DNA from: Octopus vulgaris
Lineage: Eukaryota
Direction of reading: 5' to 3'
NCBI GenBank assembly: GCA_951406725.2
Contig: OX597822.1
Coordinates: forward strand, 116,560,001 to 116,624,000
Length of the DNA: 64,000 bases
Position numbers and translations under genes: made by a program. Shown piece by piece: positions 29,631 to 40,710 of this stretch (position 1 is its first letter; each line of letters opens with the position of its first letter). A model generated the notes under the pieces. That model made no database searches and was not told where the DNA came from. It worked only from the letters and a program-made list of their open reading frames with translations.

Positions 29631-29768
29631 TTTTGAATACAAGGTAAGTCTACATTAATTCACACATTTGTTTCCTTGTGATTTACCTTGCATTTACTTT
29701 GCATTGTTTTGGCCTTACCCATAATCCTTTATATCTATGTCTGTCTGTCTATCTATCTATCTATATAC

Positions 29769-29801
<33 letters not shown>

Positions 29802-29814
29802 CATATATACACAC

Positions 29815-30040
29815 AGTTGTTGTAGTGGCCACTGACAGTACTGCCTGATTGGCATCAGTGCCAGTGGCACGTAAAAGGCACTCACTACACTCTCGGAGTG
29901 GTTGGCATTAGGAAGGGCATCCAGCTGTAGAAACAGTGCCAGATCGGAATGGAACCTGGTGCAGCCTTCTAGCTTGCCAGCCCTCAGTCAAACCATCCAA
30001 CCCATGCCAGCATGGAAAGCGGACGTTAAACGATGATGAC
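29815..30040 (+). mobile_element. RTE 3' UTR fragment with (GAT)n tail
   Basis: Matches 54290-54490. Confidence 0.85.
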
Positions 30041-30100
30041 TATACATACACAAACACACACACACATATATATACATCTATGTATATGTGAGTATATATA

Positions 30101-30131
<31 letters not shown>

Positions 30132-30184
30132 GTATATATGTATATATATATACTTATATATATATATATATCTATATATATATA

Positions 30185-30571
30185 TACTCTTTACTCTTTT
30201 ACTTGTTTCAGTCAATTGACTGCGGCCATGCTGGAGCACCGCCTTTAGTCGAGCAAATCGACCCCGGGACTTATTCTTTGTAAGCCCAGTACTTATTCTA
30301 TCGGTCTCTTTTGCTGAACCGCTAAGTGACGGGGACGTAAACACACCAGCATCGGTTGTCAAGCAATGCTAGGGGGGACAAACACAGACACACACACATA
30401 TATATATATACATATATACCACAGGCTTCTTTCAGTTTCCGTCTACCAAATCCACTCACAAGGCATTGGTCGGCCCGAGGCTATAGCAGAAGACACTTGC
30501 CCAAGATGTCACGCAGTGGGACTGAACCCAGAACCATGTGGCTGGTTAGCAAGCTACTTACCACACAGCCA
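30185..30571 (-). mobile_element. SINE family A
   Basis: Near-identical reverse complement of 6417-6825. Confidence 0.9.
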
Positions 30572-31234
30572 TATATATATATAAATCTTTAGGTAAATAT
30601 ATTGAATAAGAATATTATTAAGCTATCAAATTTATTTTATACATTATATTTATATTTTTATATTTATTTATTTATATATATATTTGTAATACAGTTCTTT
30701 TACATGGGAATATCTTTATGAAGAGTTTGGATATTAATTTCCTTATATTTATAATAATAATATATTATTAAAATATATATGTATGTATATATATATATAT
30801 ATATATACATACATACATGATGGGCTTCCACACAATTTCTGTTTACTAAATCCTTGCATAAATCTTTGTCCAGCCTAGGGCTATAGTGGAAGGCCCTTGG
30901 TCAAGGTACCATGCAGGGGAATGGAACCCACGACCACATTGTAAAGAAACAAGCATCTCAAGCACAGCCAGGTCATCACCTATTTATAGATTTATTTATT
31001 GTTGTTCTTCCCATCATATTTTATTTATTCATGTTTAACTTTTTTGTTATATTTATTTATTTATGCATTTTTCAGCCCCTGCTGCTGCCAACCCCATTCC
31101 ACCAAAGTCTGGTTATTTTAGCAGGAACACATGGTAATCTCTTTGGATCGGGTCCTTCCTCTCTGGAATAACCATTGATAGAATGGGCAAGGGAAAGGGG
31201 GAAGATAGGTATAAGGGTGTTTGGCTTGAGAAAG

Positions 31235-31616
31235 GTAGCAGTGGCAGAAGTAGTGGTGGTGGTGGTGGTGGTGGTGGTAGTGGTGGCTTCTAAGTGTAGT
31301 GTTAGTGATGGTGTGGAGATAGTAATGGTGTTTGTGGTAGTGTTAGTGGTGATGGTGGTTGGTGGTTGCAGTGGTTGCAGTGGTGGTGTTGTTTGTGATA
31401 ATGTTAGTGGTAGTATTAATGGTGGTGGTGGTGGTGGCAATGATGATAGTCAAAATGGTGTTGGCAGCAGTGCTGCTGGTGATGATGGTGGTGGTGGTGG
31501 TGTTGCTGCTTCTGATGCTGCTGCTGGTGTCAGTGTTAGTGATAGTAGTGGTGGTGGTGGTGGTGGTGATGGTGCTGGTGGTAGTGGTCGTGGTAGTTAT
31601 TGTGGTAGTGCTGCTG

Positions 31617-31648
<32 letters not shown>

Positions 31649-31805
31649 GGTAGTGCTGCTGCTGCTGCTGCTGGTGTTGGTGGTGATGACAGTGATGTGA
31701 TTTAGATGGCATAGATACTGATGATGGTAGTGCTGCTGTTGTTGCTGTTGTTGCTGTTGTTGCTGTTGGTGGTGATGCTGCTGCTGCTGCTACTACTGCT
31801 ACTGA
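31235..31805. repeat. (GGT/GCT/GTT)n trinucleotide low-complexity tract
   Basis: Directly visible. Confidence 0.9.
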
Positions 31806-31817
31806 CATGATTTAGAT

Positions 31818-32079
31818 CAGGGATGGGCAACTTTACATCAACTGGGGCTCCCCCGCATCATCCAAGTGGGAGAGGGCCGCATGATGAAACACATAGGCAT
31901 GAAATATTACTCACCCACTTCACACTGAATGCTTTGCAGATCTTCTTAATTTCATTTGTCTTATTACGAAAGTTTATTTGTCATAGAATGAAATTAGTAA
32001 TCTAGAAACTTGTTGAGGGCCGCACAGCAACATGTCGAGGGCCCAATGCGGCGCATGGGCCACAGGTTTCCCATGCATG
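31818..32079. mobile_element. hAT-superfamily MITE (Buster/Charlie-like)
   Basis: Imperfect TIRs cagggatgggcaac / gtttcccatgcatg, exact 8-bp TSD atttagat (31810-31817, 32080-32087) with central TA, subterminal gggccgca motifs. Confidence 0.85.
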
Positions 32080-32976
32080 ATTTAGATGGTGTAAATGATG
32101 ATTGTGGTTGACGATTTTTGTTGTCATGGCAGTGGTCACAGTGATGTAGCGTTGGTCTGAGAAATGCGTCCTATAACGACAATGATGTCATTTACAGAAA
32201 CTGACCACAGTGGGGTGAAGACCTGTTTGAACTCACAACCTATTACATTAAGGACATAGCACTTCAAACCACCTCACTACCTCTAACACTCTGTGAGTTC
32301 TTAATTATTCAATCAGAATAATAAAAAAAAACACAATTAGAGACTGTTTTCTTATGAGAGTTCTTAAAAACACATTTACCATTTCTTTGATCCAGGATGA
32401 TTGGTTCAGCAATGTTCTTGGCACCATACGGAGTTGAGGAACAATAAATAAGCTACACAGCTTTAGTTGAAGACTTCTAAACAGTCTCAACAGTTCTAAG
32501 AGAATAGTAATATTTCCTCTCTTTAAAGGTGGTGCTGTTACAGAGAGAGAAAAACTGAGAGCACCAACCATGTGATACTTAATTATGTCCCCCCACTAAG
32601 TGGGCAGAGACATGGCTGTGTGCTGAAGAAATTTACTTTCCAAACACACACTTTTGGGTTCGATCCCACCCTATGGCACCTTGGGCAACAGTTTTACCCT
32701 ATAGCTTCAGATAAGCCAGTACATTGTGAGTGGAATTTGGTTAAATGAAAACTATGCTTGATTTCACTCTCTATGCACAGATGAAAAGTATTCTGCCCTC
32801 ACTGTAAAGTGGTTGATATTAAGGAGGGACTTCATCCACCATAGAACCCGTGGCCAAAGCAAGCATTGAAGTTGGAGCATGATGCTGTCCTTTAGTCTTT
32901 TGACACATTATATCCTGTCAAATCACCCAACCAAGGCCAGCAGAGAACACTGACATTAAAGGATTATGATGATGAG

Positions 32977-33007
<31 letters not shown>

Positions 33008-33085
33008 ACACACACACATATACATATACATATATATATATATATATATATAAATCAGAATAAGCAATAAGGATATCCAAGGTAG

Positions 33086-33173
33086 TGTAGTACAATTGTT
33101 TCATGCTACTTCATTTCATTAAACACTGTAAGTATTACATCAGTTTTAAAATGTCGAGCAATCTTCAGCCACA
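33086..33173 (-). ncRNA. Type I hammerhead, long stem II (H1)
   Basis: Minus strand: tgtgg-CTGAAGA-ttgct..agcat-GAAA-caattg-TA-ctaca. Confidence 0.7.
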
Positions 33174-33243
33174 TATAGAATTTTTCAACTAAATAGACAA
33201 TGCATAAGAATGTGCATTGTCCATTTAATTGAAAAATTCTATA

Positions 33244-33320
33244 TATGGCTGAAGATTGCTCGACATTTTAAAACTTACAGTGTTTAATAAAATGAAGTAG
33301 CATGAAACAATTGTACTACA
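33244..33320 (+). ncRNA. Type I hammerhead, long stem II (H1) with deletion in loop II
   Basis: tatgg-CTGAAGA-ttgct..agcat-GAAA-caattg-TA-ctaca. Confidence 0.65.
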
Positions 33321-33447
33321 CTACCTTGGATATCCTTATTGCTTATTTTGATTATAATCACCCCATTTGATTTATATGGATAACACCATACAAAATTCTG
33401 GTGCCTTTAACTTAAGTACCATATTCATCTGAATCTAAATTTTGCTG

Positions 33448-33485
<38 letters not shown>

Positions 33486-33612
33486 AACTGACAAACAGAC
33501 TTGTTATCATCTTGAAAAGTGATGAAATAAATTCTTGTTTTGACTAGGAAACCCTGGGTAGCAATATTTAACAAGAATTGCAGTTTTTATTATAACAGTA
33601 TATACGTATGTA

Positions 33613-33658
<46 letters not shown>

Positions 33659-33862
33659 TGGGAATGAATGAGTTCAGTGAGTGGTAAGTTTACCATTCAC
33701 GTAGTGGCTCTTAATAGTAATCCCATTAAATCCCGGCTGTTGCATGATCCCTTGATCCCTAAGGGACTCAATGTGGTCTGAGAAAAGCTGTAACATATGT
33801 AACACATTGCAATAAAGTAATACCAAGTTTACGCCCATGTTTATTCTGCCGTTATATACACA

Positions 33863-35072
33863 CAGACCTGCAGGAAGTAAATAGACACCTTTAATTTTCA
33901 AAATCTTTTATTTAATGTGCAAAGTGAAACAATTGAAATGTAATCGATAGGTAGGACTACATACTTTAGTATTTAGTTGACATTCCCTTTGCAGTTCTTA
34001 ATTCAGAAACTCTTTTTGGCATTGGACTGATGAGCCTTGTGATAATGCAAACATCGAAACAATTCATCTTTAGATTTAGGTTTCTGTCCAGTTTTCTGTA
34101 TAGCTCTATCTAGTATGCTCCAAAGATTTTCTATTGGGTTCAGGTCAGAAGATTGGCTCGGCCAAGGAAGCTTTTTGATCCCATTTTCAATCAACTATTG
34201 TTGATTCCTTTTCGCTGTATGACATGGAGCCCCATCTTCCATGAATAAAAACTCATTTTTCGTTATGTTATCATATGCATACATCGGAAGTAGTCCTTGC
34301 TTAAATATTTCGATATAGAGTTTACGGTTCCAATACATTCGATCAGCTCCCCGTACCATTACAGAGATACCGCCATGTTTCACAGTTGGTTGGAGTCATT
34401 TCAAATCAAATTCTTTATTGGAAGCCTCCAGACCCAAACATGTCCACTGTCTGAAAATAATGTAAATCTGGATTCATCTAAGAAAATCACTCTATCTCAA
34501 AATGAACTGGATTTTTCTGACATCTCCTTAACCCATTTCTTTCTTTTCATGACATTAATTGGTTGAAGGAGAAGTTTTCTTCTAGCTGCTCGTCCATAAT
34601 ACCCAAGCTTATGCAGATATATAACACACGTTCTTGGACTAAATTCTAGCTGTTTTGCAATGTCAGAAGCCTTCGAACGGAGGTTCGTTTTCCACAATTC
34701 TCTTCAAACAGTGAAGCTTCCTTTCCAAGGGCCCAGGTCGGCCGGGACGAGAATCTGTTGCTTCTTTTCCTTGGCTTTTGCATTGCACTATAATTCTATT
34801 AACAGTAGCAAGAGGAATTTGAAGATTTTCAGTAATTTTTCACTGGCAAAGACCAGCCTCAGCTTGCCCAACAATACGACCTCTTTGAAAATCTGACAGT
34901 TCTGCTGAATTTTTTGTGCGTGGCATGGTTACTCTTCGCAAATGTTTAATATAATGGCACCTGGAATGAAAAAGAATAATTACATTGTACATTCTACACC
35001 ACTGAAAACATATTAAGAAATTTAGATCAGAAATTATGAAAATTAAAGGTGTCTATTTACTTCCTGCTTGTT

Positions 35073-35074
<2 letters not shown>
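33863..35074 (-). mobile_element. Tc1-family DNA transposon, decayed
   Basis: TIRs gcaggaagtaaatagacacctttaattt (33870-33897) / aaattaaaggtgtctatttacttcctgc (35040-35067); TA after the right end. Confidence 0.9.
33966..34926 (-). pseudogene. Tc1 DDE transposase, disrupted
   Basis: Motifs KLGYYGRAARRK, IFLDES, KHGG, FMEDGAPCH, WPSQSSDLNPIENLW, C-terminal GMSTKY; stops and frameshifts. Confidence 0.9.
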
Positions 35075-35154
<80 letters not shown>

Positions 35155-35289
35155 TGTGTGTGTGTATAGTCATCTAAGAATCCATGAGTCAGAAAAAAAA
35201 CCTTACACATGATACTCCTCAACATCCCAACCTTAATTGAATGCAAATACCAATACCTAAACTCCTACATGCACTTTCAGAAAATTCTT

Positions 35290-36470
35290 GTAAATTGTTG
35301 TGTGTGGGAAATGAAAAGCAGTTCGTCTACCTTCCTCTCTCATCTGTGCTCTGCCAAGCAGTCGTCACTCTGGCGATCCTGCCAAGCAGCTGTTATCTCA
35401 CCAACCTGAGAGCGAGTCCCCTCATGTTCATTTGCAATGTCTCGGCCGGCCAAAAGAGGACAACTCTGTCCTGTCCCCCCCCCCCCGCACTTCCCTTCTC
35501 ACGCTTCCGGTCAGTCCTTTGACCATTGACATCATGGCCCACTTCTTCCAGCTCGTCCCCACATGCCCCTCCCCACTGATCTCAAAGATCACCTCCTCAC
35601 TTCACTCCATGTTGAAATCTACTGCCCATCTGGGTGGGCACCCTGCACATTGTGATCTTCTTAAACTGGGAACCTCATTCTCTTCCTCTTCTCATCATCT
35701 GACGAAACAACAATCCTACCAACATCCAAGACATGACATTCCATCCACAGAGATGTTGTTTTTGGAATTGACAGCCATCACTATTCCACTCTTCCACTGA
35801 GTTGTGCAGCCTTTGGTGGCTTCACCCAGACTTCCTCTCCCACTGCTAATCGTCTCCAGTTGTGCTCTACTGAAACAATTCCCGGAGCAGGATCAATGGA
35901 TTGACACCCATCGCAGTTCCCAACCACCTTTGGATGTTCCATCTGGTAACGTTGGCGTCAATCCTCCTGGTGAGATCCAGGGTCCTATCCCTGCCCATAT
36001 GATGCATGGCATGCAGTCTCCTTAGCTAGGAGTCATTTAACTGACACACCACGGCTACTCCTTGCTTCGATTCTTCCGGTTCCCCTAAACAGGCCTTTTG
36101 GTGCTGCTTTTGGCTGTCTCCAAAAAAGATTCTTCCAGGATTGAGACATTTGAACAGACACAAAAATAATGGTATTCAAGGCAGTGGTCATCTCCAGACT
36201 CTTGTATGCATCTGTGACATGGACTACAAGCAGGAGACACATAAAAGTTCCCAAAAGGCACCAACCAATGCTGCCTTCAAAGAATTCTCAACATCCACTG
36301 CAAAGAAAAATGGACAAACTTCAATGTGTTGGAAGAAGCCAATGACCTCCATTAAAGCTATTGTCATCCAGAAACAGCTGAGATGGAATGGTCATGGTGT
36401 CCAAATGAAAAACAATCAGTTACTTAAGCAGCTCCTCTACTTCCAGTGACCATCACCCTTGACCTCAAAG
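35290..36470. pseudogene. Decayed RTE/BovB-like LINE fragments, both orientations
   Basis: Plus-strand C-terminal motif QLRWNGHGVQMKNNQLLKQLLY (36375-36445); upstream part appears to be minus-strand. Boundaries uncertain. Confidence 0.55.
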
Positions 36471-36650
36471 GGTAGCCAGGATAATGGCATATAATATATA
36501 TATATATATGTATATATAAGTTCAGTAAAATTTAGATTCAGATGAATATGGTACTTAAGTTAAAGGCACCAGAATTTAGTATGGTATTATCCATATAATT
36601 CAAAACGGGGTGATTATAATCAAAATAAGCAACAAGGATATCCAGAGGTA

Positions 36651-36739
36651 ATGCAGTACGATCGTTTCATGCGACTCCATTTAATTGAACAATGCAATCA
36701 TTACATCAATTTAAAATGTAGAGCAATCTTCAGCTGCAT
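36651..36739 (-). ncRNA. Type I hammerhead, long stem II (H1)
   Basis: Minus strand: atgcag-CTGAAGA-ttgc..gcat-GAAA-cgatcg-TA-ctgcat; 6-bp stem I, palindromic stem III. Confidence 0.8.
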
Positions 36740-36826
36740 AAAAATATAGAATTTAGTTGTGATTTTGGATAAAAAGAAAATTATACAAATGAATCCTTTG
36801 AATTTAACTAAATTCTAAACTTTTTT

Positions 36827-36915
36827 ATGCAGCTGAAGATTGCTCTACATTTTAAATTGATGTAATGATTGCATTGTTCAATTAAATGGAGTCGCATGAA
36901 ACGATTGTACTGCAT
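36827..36915 (+). ncRNA. Type I hammerhead, long stem II (H1)
   Basis: atgcag-CTGAAGA-ttgc..gcat-GAAA-cgattg-TA-ctgcat. Confidence 0.8.
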
Positions 36916-36964
36916 TACCTCTGGATAGCCTTGATGCTTATTTTGATTATATATATATATATAA

Positions 36965-37210
36965 TATTTATATACTGTTAAGTATATGCCTGGTCTTAGA
37001 GTGACCAATGATTTCACATCCATAAACTGCCTAACTTTATGAACAGCTCATCGGACTCTAATGACAAAGCCATCCATAGAGCTAGGCCCTCTATGGATGT
37101 GAAACCATTGGTCACTCTATGAATGGACATATACTTAACTGCACATAAATACATTACTGCTCTATGCCTTAGAGTGTGCTTCTTGTTTGGATATATGATT
37201 CACTGACAAT
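36965..37210. mobile_element. Small fold-back hammerhead element
   Basis: Imperfect arms about 36968-37047 / 37069-37150, tail to about 37210, microsatellite flanks. Confidence 0.7.
36996..37061 (-). ncRNA. Type I hammerhead (CCGAUGA core variant)
   Basis: Minus strand: ttagagt-CCGATGA-gctgttcataaa(..)tttatggatgt-GAAA-tca(t)tgg-TC-actctaa; 7-bp stem I, GUC site. Confidence 0.78.
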
Positions 37211-37213
37211 ATA

Positions 37214-37260
<47 letters not shown>

Positions 37261-39130
37261 CATCATCATCATCATCGTCGTTTAACGTCCGTTCTCCATG
37301 CTAGCATGGGTTGGACGGTTCGACCGGGGTTCTGGGAAGCCAGAAGGCTGCACCAGGCTCCAGTCTAAATTTGGCAATGTTTCTACAGCTGGATGCCAAC
37401 CACTCCGTGAGTGTAGTGGGTGCTTTTTACGTGCCACCTGCACAGGTGCCAGGCGGGGCTGGCAACGGCCACGGTCAGATTGGTGTATTTTATGTGCCAC
37501 CGGCACGGAAGCCAGTCGAGGCGGTGCTGGCATCGGCCACGAGTCGGATAGTGCTTTTTACGTACCACCAGACCAGGGATCCTGGCTGGTTCAATTCGAT
37601 TTCGATTTCGCTTGCCCCAACATGTCTTCACAAGCAAAGGGGGTTGGCAAGGGTGCCTGTCGTACGGTCGCATTGGAGTATTTTACGTGCCACGGCCACG
37701 AGTCGGATAGTGCTTTTTACGTACCATCAGACCAGGGATCCTGGCTGGTTCAATTCGATTTCGATTTCGATTTCGCTTGCCCCAACATGTCTTCACAAGC
37801 AAAGGGGGTTGGCATGGGTGCCTGTCGTACGGTCGCATTGGAGTATTTTACGTGCCACGGCCACGAGTCGGATAGTGCTTTTTACGTACCACCAGGCCAG
37901 GGATCCTGGCTGGTTCAATTCGGTTTCGATTTCGATTTCGCTTGCCCCAACATGTCTTCGCAAGCATGGGGGGTTGGCATGGGTGTCTGTCGTCGGATGA
38001 GGTTCTATATCGACTTCGCTTGCCTCAACCGGTCTTTGTGTCCAAGGGAGGAAAGGCATTCATAAGTGGGCTGGGCTCACTTGTCCTGCCTGGTCTTCTC
38101 ACGTACAGAATATTTCCAAAGGTCTCGGTCTCTGGTCATTTCCTCAGTGAGGCCTAAAGTTCGAAGGTCGTGCTTCACCACCTCGTCCCAGGTTTTCCTG
38201 GGTCTACCTCTTCCACGGGTTCCCTCAACTGCTAGGGATTGGCACTTTCTCACACACCTATCTTCATCCATTCTCGCCACATGACCATACCAGCGCAATC
38301 GTCTCTCTTGCACACCACAACTGATGCTTCTTAGGTACAACATTTCTCTCAAGGTGCTAACGCTCTGTCGAGTATGTACACTGACATTACACATCCATCG
38401 GAGCATACTGGCTTCATTCCTCACGAGCTTACGCATGTCCTCAGCAGTCACGGCCCATGTTTCGCTGCCATGTAGCATGGCTGTTCGTACACACGCATCA
38501 TACAGTCTGCCTTTTACTCTGAGCGAGAGGCCTTTAGTCACCAGCAGAGGTAAGAGCTCCCTAAACTTTGCCCAGGCTATTCTTATTCTAGCAGTTACAC
38601 TTTCAGCGCACCCACCCCCACTACTGACTTGGTCACCTAGATAACGGAAGCTATCAACTACTTCTAGTTTTTCCCCCTGGAAAGTGACGGAAGTTGTTTT
38701 CTGCAGATTTTCGGAGGTTAATGCTCCCGAGCATCTGCCACATACAAAAACTATCTTCCCAGTTAGCCTACCTTTGACATTGCTGCACCTCTTATGTGTC
38801 CATAGCTTACACTGGGTACATCTTATAGAGTTTCTACCTACACCTTTTCTACAGATCGAGCAGGGCCATCTTCCTGAAGATATTTGTGGATTGTCTACCT
38901 TTCTACTTATTAGTACTTTGGTTTTAGCTAGGTTGACTCTAAGGCCCCTTGATTCTAAACCCTCCTTCCACACCTGGAACTTCTCCTCCAGTTCTGATAG
39001 TGACTCAGCAATAAGAGCAAGGTCGTCAGCGTAGAGGAGCTCCCAGGGACAGCCTGTCTTGAATTCCTCCGTAATTGCCTGGAGTACTATGATAAATAGG
39101 AGGGGGCTGAGTACTGAACCCTGGTGGACC

Positions 39131-39131
<1 letters not shown>
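37261..39131 (-). mobile_element. 5'-truncated RTE LINE with intact C-terminal ORF, long 3' UTR and (ATG)n tail, in (TA)n
   Basis: ORF 38077-39131 (GVHQGSVLSP..YADD..PHD-like finger..RLRWYGHV) highly similar to the 50990 ORF. Confidence 0.95.
37534..37995. repeat. About 160-bp tandem repeat (x3) in the RTE 3' UTR
   Basis: cggccacgagtcggatagtgc at 37534, 37693 and 37858. Confidence 0.92.
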
Positions 39132-39169
<38 letters not shown>

Positions 39170-39173
<4 letters not shown>

Positions 39174-39735
39174 TTCAGAAAAATTTAGATTCAGATGAAT
39201 ATGGTACTTAAGTCAAAGGCACCAGAATTTTGTATGGTATTATCCATATAAATCAACAGGGTGATTGGAGGAAATCAACCTCTCTGTCTATATATCTACC
39301 TTCTTTATAATGTTGGCAAATGAATTAGGGATAAGAATGTGCATTGTCCGGTTGTTTGCAAGATTTCTAAAGGTGGCTGAAGATTGCTCAACGTTTTAAA
39401 ACTGATGTAATGCTTACAATGTTTAATAAAATGAAGTAGCATGAAACGATCGTACCACATTACCTCGGATATACTTGTTGCTGATTTTTAAAGGTGGCTG
39501 AAGATTGTTTGACGTTTTAAAACTGATGTAATGCTTACAATGTTTAATAAAATGAAGTAGCATGAAACGATCGTACCACATTACCTCGGATATACTTGTT
39601 GCTGATTTTTAAAGGTGGCTGAAGATTGTTTGACGTTTTAAAACTGATGTAATGCTTACAATGTTTAATAAAATGAAGTAGCATGAAACGATCGTACCAC
39701 ATTACCTCAGATATACTTGTTGCTTATTTCGATTA
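39170..39735. mobile_element. Family H1 element, copy 3: inverted tail plus three tandem hammerhead units
   Basis: 39170-39266 is the reverse complement of the tail 33354-33450; 121-bp unit repeated 3 times; (TA)n on both sides. Confidence 0.85.
39373..39700 (+). ncRNA. Three tandem type I hammerheads (39373-39458, 39494-39579, 39615-39700)
   Basis: Each reads gtgg-CTGAAGA-ttg(c/t)t..agcat-GAAA-cgatcg-TA-ccac; period 121 bp. Confidence 0.8.
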
Positions 39736-40129
39736 TATATATATATATAGAGCATTAACATCATTATCATTTTAGAATTTACTTTTCCATGCTTAATTTC
39801 TCAAATAAAACCCAAAATAATACCTGGGGGTGATCCTGAACTCAAGAACTATGGTTTAGGAATTTTACTACTTATTCAAGCACCACACCCATTCAGTGCT
39901 CGTTTCCCCCCCACCCCCTTCTTCTATTAGGAATGGTATAATTCGGTTAATGCAATAGAATATGTGACTTCTGTCTTAACCCCACCCCCACCCCTATCCT
40001 ATTCCTTCTTCTTCTTTCCAAAAGATGTGGAACGGAAAGGGTGGCGTTGGTGTGTCTTTGGAGAGAAATCTTTATTGAAATGTATTTAACATAGATCAAT
40101 GTGATCTACATGCCGGAAGTTCAGATACA

Positions 40130-40540
<411 letters not shown>

Positions 40541-40643
40541 CTCACATAAATGGCATACACACAGAGAAATCAGATAGACAAACAGAGAAGAAAATGAGAC
40601 ATAAAAAGAGAAAAAAGGGAGAATGAGAGGGAAGGGAAAGAAG

Positions 40644-40710
<67 letters not shown>

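Larger units (their letters stand above)
27868..29730 (-). mobile_element. Penelope-like retroelement, 5'-truncated, with inverted pseudo-LTR
   Basis: RT motifs MGSSLS..YM and YVDD; GIY-YIG (LVYKIICGKCGASYIGSMTRNLHVRIKEH); inverted terminal repeat 27909-27991 / 29635-29718; microsatellite flanks. Confidence 0.92.
33053..33450. mobile_element. Fold-back hammerhead element, family H1, copy 1
   Basis: Arms 33053-33204 / 33213-33353 with an 8-nt loop, plus a ~97-bp tail; (TA)n on both sides; homologous to 36518-36951 and 39170-39735. Confidence 0.85.
36518..36951. mobile_element. Fold-back hammerhead element, family H1, copy 2
   Basis: Arms about 36615-36758 / 36806-36951, tail 36518-36614, (TA)n on both sides. 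Confidence 0.85.

Noticed and set aside
31072-31808. Gly/Val/His-rich ORFs, also at 47472-47970 and duplicates
   Set aside because: Trinucleotide low-complexity DNA, open in multiple frames, no splice or domain evidence.
33053-33450. Fold-back elements as MITEs or pre-miRNAs
   Set aside because: Inversion points vary between copies, arms are asymmetric with a one-sided tail, and hammerhead motifs point to a PLE origin.
37058-37120. Plus-strand hammerhead with CTAATGA core
   Set aside because: G5 is missing and stem I does not pair; the apparent core overlaps stem I of the real minus-strand motif.
37298-38065. 255-aa and 229-aa ORFs with internal repeats
   Set aside because: Antisense readings of the RTE 3' UTR tandem repeat.
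39362-39724. Tandem repeats as a CRISPR array
   Set aside because: Eukaryotic context, units repeat in full with no unique spacers, no cas genes.
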